Shown here: positions 54,432-64,000 of the stretch, in pieces | How the letters are laid out: each line of letters starts with the position of its first letter | How positions within the stretch are numbered: position 1 is the first letter of the stretch | Assembly: GCF_009914755.1 (NCBI RefSeq) | Contig: NC_060933.1 | DNA from: the human T2T-CHM13v2.0 reference genome, Homo sapiens | Reading direction: 5' to 3' (one strand) | Length of the DNA stretch: 64,000 nucleotides | Program-made: the position numbers and the translations under genes | The notes under the pieces: model-generated | Told to the model about the DNA's origin: nothing | The model's database searches: none | Seen by the model: only the letters and a program-made list of their open reading frames with translations

Positions 54432-54829
54432 TAGTTGGTAATTCTAGATGATTTGTGTCTATGTGAAATAGTTTAGATTAGAGATTTGGGAGTCATGAGG
54501 CATGGCTTTAGGTCCTGGTTCTGTGGCTTACTGGCTGTATAAATTTGGGGATGTCATTTTACTTCCTGCTCTCAGATTATGTAACTAAAAAATAAAGCAA
54601 GTAATACCTGCTTCCTTGCAAAACATCTGCATCATAGTAGGTGCCCATAAGGTCAAGTGAATGAATGGAGAAGTATATGCACAGAGCATTTAGCTCATAG
54701 TAACAACACACAAAAGAAAGTTAGCAATTATTATTGCATTTGTGTTTTATAATAACCCAAAGTTATTCAATAGTCAAACTGTGATTTCACTATGATTCTT
54801 TATTGCTAGCATTATTTTATAGGCTATAT

Positions 54830-55040
54830 GGAAAAAAGATTAAGCTATCTTGGAGAGATTGCTGAATTTGAAGTAAGAAGACCTGGACCCAGGCCTTAGC
54901 TTCATCTCTTCCTAGCTGTTCAATCTCAAGCAAGTCACTTAACTTCTCTGAGCTTCAGAGCTCCCTTATCTGTAAAACAGTATGATAATACTTGGCTCCT
55001 CTGTTTTATAGATGGAGGTCAATATTAACTTAAGATCCTT
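54830..55040 (+). mobile_element. MIR
   Basis: GCAAGTCACTTAACTTCTCTGAGCTTCAG...ATCTGTAAAACAG. Confidence 0.8.
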
Positions 55041-55924
55041 GGGAGTTAATGTGTTTTGTTTTATTTCATGAAGGCTTTAAAACATTGACTTAAGATATGT
55101 ATTCCAGGCCCTCAAGAGGCCTGCTCTGTCAAGGAAATTGCACTGGAAGACCTGCTGGTGGCTAGAACACCTCTGAAGCTTTCTAGGCTCTTCTTTCCAT
55201 GTGACAGTGCTGCCATAGGCCTCTCTGAGTGTGCTTTCTGGTAGTGGTGATGGAGCCTCTCACAAGCACACCAGGTTCTCTAGTTAAGGAATCTGCAAAA
55301 TGCCCATTTAGGTTAGGTGCAAGATGAGAGTACACGGACAGAGTGGTTTGATTGTTCTGTCACTCTGATATATGCATACATAGCCTAGACCTGAGATGCA
55401 TACTGAAATCTCTATTTTTCTAGTCTTCCCATCATCATGTAAAGGAAAGTGCTTGGAGATAACTTTATTGTCACCTAATAGGTGAATCCATGAATAGCTC
55501 ATATTGGCATTTCAAGAGCCAAAAAGAAAAGCACATTAGACACACTTTGACATTTATGAAGTCATATATTAATGAAAACCAGAGAGTTTGAAACTTTTTG
55601 CAGGACTGGGTTTTGTACTGCTTCAAAATATCAAAACTTCTATTTTCCTGAGTACAAAGCAGGATGAGCCAGAAAGACAAAGTAGGATAAACTAGGAGGA
55701 CAATCCAGAGATCCAGACAGGAGGTGTATTCTTAGCTCTTGGAAGCTGGTGCAAGGTTAGCTAACTAAAGCAGACAGAGGGTGTCAAGAGCTATGGAATC
55801 CAGGAAAGCTGAGCCCACATGACAGCACTGTTCCTTCCTAGCTATGTGTCATTCGTGAAGCCACTTAACCTCCCTGGGCCTCTGTGTTGCCGTGTCTGTG
55901 TGTGGATAAGAATACCTTGGAATC

Positions 55925-56345
<421 letters not shown>

Positions 56346-56419
56346 CTAGCTTCTCAAAAATTAATAATCCAGAAGGAAAATGGAGAGTCTGGTTAGGGCC
56401 AAAAAGCTTTAACGAATAT

Positions 56420-56660
56420 GACAGGCAGCAGGGCATAGTGATTAAGAACACGGACTCTGAAGACAGATTGCAGGGCTCCCATCCAGCCTCTGACCATTGC
56501 AAGCTCTGTGTCCTATTGGACAAGCTACTGAAACTTCCCACAGCCCAGTCTCCTCATCTATAAGACAGGGAGAATAAGACCTGAATTATGGAGATGAATT
56601 GAGTCCATATTTGTAAAGTGCTCAGGGTCTGACCCGTGTTAAGTGCTGCATGAGTACTTG
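56420..56660 (+). mobile_element. MIR, near full length
   Basis: GCATAGTGATTAAGAACACGGACTCTG...CAGTCTCCTCATCTATAAG...GTAAAGTGCT. Confidence 0.85.
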
Positions 56661-58165
56661 TGAACTGGAGTCCAATCTTCTCTGAAAGCCTTAGAATGAT
56701 GACATTCGGCAGACCTTTATCTTCCTGGAAGTACTCTAGCAGAGAGGTACCAGCACTTCAAAGGCATCAGCTGGCCTCCTTTCTTGACTGACAGCTTCAA
56801 ACCCATATGCACTGCATCTTCCACTATCTCCCCCATGCTACATAAATCTTTATAGAATTGGATTGTAAAGAGCCAAGTATTGGAAAAACGAAAACCCTAA
56901 TATCCCGATCGATCGCCTGAGAGCAGTTCAATGGCATTTCTTTAAGCCCTATAGCATCATCCAGGCTGCTCTGTAATAGTGCTTCACCTTGGACCAGAAG
57001 GCAGAGGGCAATGCCATCTTGCAGTTTGTCCCTGCACCCCTCTGGTTGCTGTCAGATGGAACAAAATAAATGTCCAAAGGCATCGGGTTATTCTCATTTA
57101 GCACCAATGCACAAGATCCAGCTGTTGGCACTAATTCCCTCTCACATTGCCCCAGATTGAATGCATCTAACTCTGTATTAGAGGGAGGGGAAGAGGAGCT
57201 AAGGAAGAAGTAAGGTGCTACAGGATGAGAAATGCTACGTTGGTTTTAACCTCACTGCAGTCTTGGTCTGGGTCAAAAAGGAAAAATAGAAAACCTTTAA
57301 GAAAGAAAAGGCGCCTAGGAAAAGGCTGCTGTTCTTTTCCTTTTCTCAGGTTCTGTGAATAAAATTCGAAGCCTCTTCTCTCCTTGACTGATCACAGAAA
57401 AAAAAAATGATGGATAAAATATTCTCCAAGGATAGCAGTTGTCTCTGGTCACAGTCTGTGCCTTCCAGCTTAGGCAGCCGCAGAGCAGGCCAGGCCACAA
57501 GGTCCCCACCAAGGGGGGAGCCACAGTGCCCAAAGAAAGGAGCATGTTGGAGTCAGAGGCATCTGGGCAGGGGGAGAGAAAAAGATGTTTTTTCAAACCA
57601 AACATCGTTTCAAGCAGGTCATTATCCTCACCCTATCTTTTGTTTTCTCTCTTCCTTGTCCTGAGCCGATTTTGAACAAGCCGGTCTTAAGGCTTGTTTG
57701 GATTCCTGTGCATTCAGCTCTTTCAGACCCTTAAAAGCTTGACAGGAAACATTAAAGAGGCATGATTGAGGCTGGCTGTGCTGCACCCCAGCCAAGCCAC
57801 ACGAGCCACCCTTCTCCCTGATCACTTCTGATTGCTGTGGCTGCAGGAATCCTATAGCGATCTGCAAAGACAGCTAAGGTGGCTGGAAGGGATGAGGTGG
57901 TCTGGCCACTGTCCACACAATCATGCCAGGCCAGGAAGTGTTCCTTCCTCAAAGTGCCTCTTGTACAGATATATTTCTGATGTTTGCCAAAATGACACAA
58001 TCACCTTACAGCAAAGAGAGGAAGGAATGTTTAAAAATGACTTCTGAATGCTGTCTGCCATCAGTCTCAATTGCCTGGTACATTTTCTTCTTATGCTGAA
58101 TCTTGCCTCTCACATTAGTCATTCCAGCGGGCCCCCAAGGAGTTTGCAATTTGGAACTCCCAGGG

Positions 58166-58690
58166 TGTGGTAGATTGCAAAAATGGCTATAATCCTTCAC
58201 CCTTCCCTATGTCAAATCACTGTGCACTGTGACTTGATAGTTCATCCTATGCAGAGGAAGCATCTCTTTCTCCCTTGAATCTGAACTTGCCTTGTACTTG
58301 CTTTGGCCAGTAGCTGGAATGCCATGGACATGTCATAGTGCTGTTTCCAAACTCTCAGCCTCAAAAAATGCTTCTGCTCTCTCTCGTTCTCTCTCGCACT
58401 CTCTCTCTCCCTCCCCCTTTCGCAGTCCTGCCTAACTGCCATGTGAGCAAGCTGACCTGTTGGAGGATGAAAGACCGTGTTAAACAAAGACATGCCATCC
58501 CAGCTGAGGCTGCCTTAGTACAGCCAGCTCCCAGCCAACCCAACAGCTAACTGCACATGCATAAATAAGCCCAGCTGAGATGAGAAGTAACCCCAGCCCA
58601 AACTACCAGCCTTCACAATCATAAACTTAATGAATGTTTATATTATTTTAAGCCACTAAATTTGGAGGTGGTTTGTTACATAGCAAAAGC
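58166..58690 (+). mobile_element. MLT1H/I-like LTR
   Basis: TGTGGTAGATTG...TTTAAGCCACTAAATTTGGAGGTGGTTTGTTACATAGCA. Confidence 0.8.
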
Positions 58691-59209
58691 CCCTCTTGCA
58701 CCTGGTTTTCAAAATAACAAAATCACCTTAAAAGACAGGAGACGGGGTGGTAGGGGGTAGCTTCTGAATTCTGCATCTTGCCTCCAGCCTCAATTACCTG
58801 ATAGATGCTTCTTCTTCCACATCTCACCTGCCACATGAGCGGCACCAGTGGCCTCCAAGCATGCTGCAGCAAGGAATTCCCAGGGCTTCGGCTGTGTGTA
58901 CAAGGTTTCTGTTCATTAGGATCTCCAGCCCTGCAAACCCATTTCTGTTCTGGGGGAAGCGGAGGCCTGTTGGGTAGACAGGTGATAATACCCAGCTCCC
59001 GTACATTCCTTGGGTAGTAATTATCCTGTAGAGGAAAAAGTAGTCAGTTCAGAATATAAAGTAGCTTTGTTAGAACAGCACTGTTTCTTATCTTAGGGCT
59101 GAAAAACTAGGTTTCAGAGACAACCCAATGTCTTGGGAAGTATTTAGTTCTCATGCTTGAGCACGTGTGCATGCATATGTGTTTTTGTGTACATGGAGCA
59201 AGTGGTGGG

Positions 59210-59450
59210 GAGAGAACTGGCAGTCATTGGGTGCCTGCTATTTGCCTGTCACGATGCAACCTCTGCTAGTTTTGATAAAATCTCACATCATTGTGAGGAG
59301 GTTTGGTTATCACAGATTTATAGATGAGGACATTAAAGTTCCACGAGGTTAAGTAAGTTGCCCCAGGTCATACAGCCAACTAGCAGTAGAACTGCAGTTT
59401 GACATGTGCTGTCACACTGTGATTTTTTTTTTTAACTGTATTGCCCCAGT
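59210..59450 (-). mobile_element. MIR
   Basis: TTTATAGATGAGGAC...GGTTAAGTAAGTTGCCCCAGGTCATACAGC. Confidence 0.8.
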
Positions 59451-60674
59451 GAGAGGCTTCTGCATAGGGTTATCAGGAGTTCCACAGATACTTGGTTAAC
59501 ATAGTTGTCTTACATTTATCTATCTAAAATATTATTAAAAAATCGTCCACCCCAAATATGCTACATTCCAACATTTAACGTAGTACAGAACACTGGGCTG
59601 TTGTCATTCGAGGGTATCTGAATGCATTTTATTGTATAGAATTTGGAATAAAGCTGCCCTAATGTTTCTGGCACATATATAAATATTATATTGATTGAAA
59701 GGGTAGGGAATCTGCACTGTTCTTTTTCTTTTTTAAATTTAGGCCCACACATGTTACCTCAGGTAAGTGGGCATGCTACCATGCACATATGCAAAATACT
59801 ATCAATTAAATACCAGGCAGGGCTTTGGCACAGCTACTTGGCCTGTGCCTAAATCATAGCAGTGTAAATAGTTGTACAATAACTTGGGAACACATCATGA
59901 TAAATTCATGATAATAAATAAATTCATCATAATAATATTTATATTACGAATAGTTTCAAGCCTTTTTAATAGTTTGCAGGGTCCTCATCCTAATGTTTGT
60001 ATTCAGGAGGGCAAGATCTGATAGAAAGAGGGTCAAATAGCTACAGTGTCTAACCAAGCTTGGTGTTCTAGCTCAGGGAAACTGAGGTGATCCAGATGGT
60101 GCCATGACAGAGGTGACAGCTAATGCCCAGACTTCTGACTAATACCAGACCTTGGGACCACTAAACTTGCAGGTTGGGAAGGAAGAACTACCTTCCGGCC
60201 TGCAAGGTGATCCTGGACAAACACCTCTTTGCAGGAGTCCTCACTAGACAATCTCTGTCCGCACCCTCCTTCCAGGGAAAGGAAAGTGGGAATGGATGAA
60301 GCAGGGCCGGGCCTGTCTTGGATGAAAATTCACTTCCTGTGCCAGAGCAGAAGAATCCTAGCTAAGTGAGGCAGAAGGCCTGGCTCTCCCAAATCTTGAA
60401 TCAGTGGGTGATTCAGCTTTCAGATAAAAATATCCCTCTATTCTTCTGAGCTTCTGTAACAATTTAATTAAAGCTTATTCTGAGATTGAAAAGCAAGATA
60501 TTTACAAAAATAAAATAAAACAACAAAAACAAAAGTGTGTTTTTATTTGCAAACTTATCTATGGGAATCTGTACTCTCTCTCTTTTTCTCTCTAATAAAG
60601 AAAAAAATTATAATAATCAGAAACAAAGCCAATGAAGTGAATAAAGTTTATCTGTGTTTTCAAATAGCACAGTG

Positions 60675-60895
60675 TAAAGAACATCTGTTTCAGGATAGGA
60701 CGGATCTGGATTTGTGGCAGTTCTTCCATGTACAAGCTGTATGAGTTTGGGCAAGTGACTTAATTTCTTGAAACCCTGATATCTCATCTGTAAAGTATAG
60801 ATAATATTAATTCATAGAATTATTCAGCAGATTTAATGAGATAAATATGTAAAATTTTGTAGCACAACAAAGAGAGTGCTGAATAGGAACCATTT
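60675..60895 (+). mobile_element. MIR
   Basis: TTGGGCAAGTGACTTAAT...CTCATCTGTAAAGT. Confidence 0.75.
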
Positions 60896-61200
60896 GTCCA
60901 ATTTCTCTCCCTGAAGCTCTTTCCACCAGGTCACTGGATACACATTCTTCTTTTGTTGCCCCTATCTTCAACAACATCTATAAGGGGATATAGTCTGAAG
61001 CATTAACTTAATGCTAAATGTGGTCAGTTGCCAGTGATGCTGAATGATTTTAATATTTACAAAGGTCAGGATCTGAAAATGTATAATTTTAGGTCAGACA
61101 TTCAGAAGGTCATACATTATTTTGGACAGGTAGACCTTTCTCGCATCCCTGAAATTATTCCTCTACCCAGCTGATGCATACAATCATCCACAGTCTACAT

Positions 61201-61620
61201 CAGTAATCTTCAAAGTGGGGGTGTGTTCACACCCAGGGTGGAAGAAGACATCCCGCTAGGGAACAAAAAGAAAATACTGGGTCTTTTATTTGTATTGGCT
61301 TGTACTTAAATCATAGCATTGCAAATGTCTGTACCATAACTTGGGAACACACCAAGATAAATTCATATAATGAATGGTTTATAAAAGACCTCTCACCTGA
61401 GAGAAGGAATAAAATATTAGGTCCTTTATTTATATTTATTTCTAAAAGTTAATAAAGAAATTAAACTTCCCCAATATTTAACATGTAGACTGACATTAGC
61501 ATTGTCCATGGACTTTCATGTCTAAATGTCACACACAAGGAAGAATCAAATTTCTACAAAACAAAGAGATTAACATTGACACACCTTTTCATTCATTTGT
61601 TTTCAGTCTTTACCTGCCTG
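61201..61620. mobile_element. hAT-Charlie-like fragment
   Basis: CAGTAATCTTCAAAGTGGGG terminal sequence preceded by TCTACAT. Confidence 0.4.
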
Positions 61621-63060
61621 GTGAACCAAACCTTCACTACAAAAGGGTGAACCATTAATAGTGCTGCTAATGCTGAGTTCTACAGTTTCCATTAACATAT
61701 TCTACGGGACATGGGATTAATAAGAGACTTTCTAGAGAATCTTAGATTCAGCTATACTCATCCTTCCATCATATATAAATAATCTAAAATTCCTATAGAT
61801 AATCAGGAAAAATCACCCCAACCAGTACAGTAACCCCTCTGTTGGTTCAATGGCCTGAGAAGCTCAAAATGGCCAGGTGGCAGTCCCAGTTTTCAGCTCA
61901 GTGGGACCCTTGTGTCCCCTTGTAGAAGAATCCATCCTTTGGGAAGAAGGCTTCTAAACCAGCAAAGCTTTAAAGTTGCTGTAAACAGAAGCAAAAATGT
62001 TGTCAATGTAGCATAGAGAGAACCCTCTCCCATCTCTACCCCGTGGTTCTTTCGTCTGTATTCTTGTTACGAGAAAAATGATACAACATATTTGTCACTA
62101 GTTTATGACATATATTGTATTTTATAGGATACTACCCTAGCCCCGAGTTTGGACTCAGCCAGCGCTATACCTGGGTCTTCAGTGGTGCATTCCAATATTT
62201 CACAAGGCCAACTGCTCTGGATGACACCATATATGGTAAAACCAGTGAATCCCATGGGCTGAAGGGATGGCTACAGCACTTCACTGTAAAACGAGTCTCT
62301 GGTCAGAAACAATGCAGAGCAGAATACCACGGCAATAAATGAAGCCCATGGAGTGCTGGTAACAGAGCATTGCAGGTAGGCAGGGCAAATCCAAAGTGTA
62401 TTTCTGAAAAACAAAAGCACTTTCCATGATGCGAAAAGTCCAAAGTAATCTACCTGACACCAGGTGGCTGGCTAGTTTCCAAAGGAAAAGATGCCGTATT
62501 TGGGACTTGTAGTTGGTGCCCGAGCTGGTTAGGTACCCAGCAGAAAATATAGCTAGATCAATTTTAGTGAGAAGAAATAGATAATTTTGAGCTCATGCAT
62601 ACACTCTATTCCTACTGCTGCAGCCAATTCATTTATCATCTCATCGAGCAAGAATTGGGATGGCAGGGTAAAGAGGCTGACATATCCACAGAAAGGTCAT
62701 CATGACCACTTGATGAGAGTGCCTCCTCTAAAATGGTTACCTTTGTTCAACATTCACATAGGACATTTAAGTCTTCCAACTTTGTGCTCATTCTGAGAGT
62801 TCTATCCACACACCTCTTCCCCGAACTTTCTTATTTCTTCCAAATTCCTGACCACTTGGCCAAACCATTAGACTGTCCATGAATCAGTTGAGATCCATAA
62901 TTTGGCCATATCTTCTCCAAAGTGAACAACCATAAGATGGACTGTTCATTAAGAGGATTTCCGTTCTCAGTGTGCTTCTGGGACACTTCTGTGGTAGGTA
63001 CTTTATCCTGTAAAATACAACATATGTCATAAACCAGTGACCAATTCTGGGAATGAGCTT
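61620..63060 (-). mobile_element. ERVL/MaLR internal remnant (RNase H - integrase - dUTPase-like), fully degenerate
   Basis: Minus-strand translations KLGLPPGHFELL (~61857-61892) and PILAR*DDK*IGCSSRNRVYA*A (~62590-62660) resemble ERVL KLRLPPGHFGLL and PVIAQWAHEQSGHGGRDGGYAWA. Confidence 0.75.
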
Positions 63061-63077
63061 TAATGGCCTTTGCAACT

Positions 63078-63607
63078 TATAATCCCCTCTCTTTTGAGTG
63101 TGGGTGGCACTTGTGGTATGATATCACTCACATGGTTACAGTTCCTTAATCATGAGAGTGATATCTTATCATATCACAAGTGCATGACAAAAGGGAGATT
63201 ATCCAGGTCTACTTGATTTAATCACACAAGCCCTTTAAAACAGTGTCCTTTGTCCAACTGCTGGACAGAAGCAGAAATCAGAGGGATTCCAAGGGTGAGA
63301 GAGATTTGTGCCATTGCTGGCTTTGAAGATGGAGGGGACCAAGTGAGAAGGACTGTGGTGGCCTCTAGGAGCAGAGAGGCTTCCTTGCTAACAGCTACAG
63401 AAAAATGCAAACTTCAGACCTAGTGGAAAGAACAGGATCCTGCCAACACCCTGAAAGAGCTCACAAGATATTCCTCTCTAAAGCCTTCAGATAAAAGCCC
63501 AGCCCAGTTGGCAAATTGATTTTCAGTGAGCCCAGTCAAGCCTACCTGGGCTTCTGATGTACAGAGTTGTGAGGAAATAAATAGGTTGTGTTTTAGGCAA
63601 TGAAGCC
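63078..63607 (+). mobile_element. MLT1E-like LTR
   Basis: AAAAGGGAGATTATCC...GCCATTGCTGGCTTTGAAGATGGAGGGG...AATAAATAGGTTGTG. Confidence 0.8.
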
Positions 63608-63615
63608 GGAAGAGG

Positions 63616-64000
63616 TATATGTTCATTTTCTAGGGCTGCCATAACAAAATACTGCAGGCTGTATGGCTTAAACAACAGAAATTTATGTTCTCACAGTTCT
63701 GGAGGCGAGAAGTCCAAGATAAAAGTGGTGGCAAGTTTGGTTTCTCCTGAGGCCTCTCTCCTGGGCTTATAGATGACCTTCTTCTTGCTGGGTCCTCACA
63801 CGGTCTTTCCTGCATGGACGCACATCCCTTGTGTCTCTTTGTACGTCCAAATTGCATCTCCTTGTAAAGACACCAGTAAGATTGAATTAAAGTCCACCGT
63901 ATAGCCTTATTTTAACTTAATTTTCTCTGAAGTCCTTATCTTCAAATACAATCACACTGAAGGTTGAGGCTTGCATATATGGATTTTGAGGGATGCGATT
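63616..64000 (-). mobile_element. MLT1B/C-like LTR running to the window end
   Basis: TTCTAGGGCTGCCATAACAAA...AAACAACAGAAATTTATG...GAAGTCCAAGAT. Confidence 0.85.

Overview
Human non-coding genomic DNA (an AluYg6-type element points to human). No protein-coding gene or RNA gene is supportable, and the supplied ORFs are repeat-derived or chance. Much of the window is transposon debris: HAL1/L1, L2, MIR, Alu, MaLR/ERVL solo LTRs, an ERVL-type internal remnant and hAT MITEs, several with readable target-site duplications (TSDs). Repeat-free blocks (~25.6-28.7 kb, ~48.2-48.6 kb, ~10.2-10.6 kb) look like developmental enhancer or CTCF elements of a gene desert or large intron. I cannot name the locus. 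Most notable: (1) two independent MLT2F-like ERVL LTRs each carry an antisense fragment that translates to apolipoprotein A-IV-like sequence, suggesting host-exon capture by an LTR family; (2) three short direct duplications 1.1-1.5 kb apart, two with templated-insertion hallmarks; (3) a Pbx-Hox/Meis motif pair in a putative conserved element; (4) hairpins abutting a 250-bp purine tract. Repeat subfamily names and the APOA4 comparison come from remembered consensus sequences, not a search.
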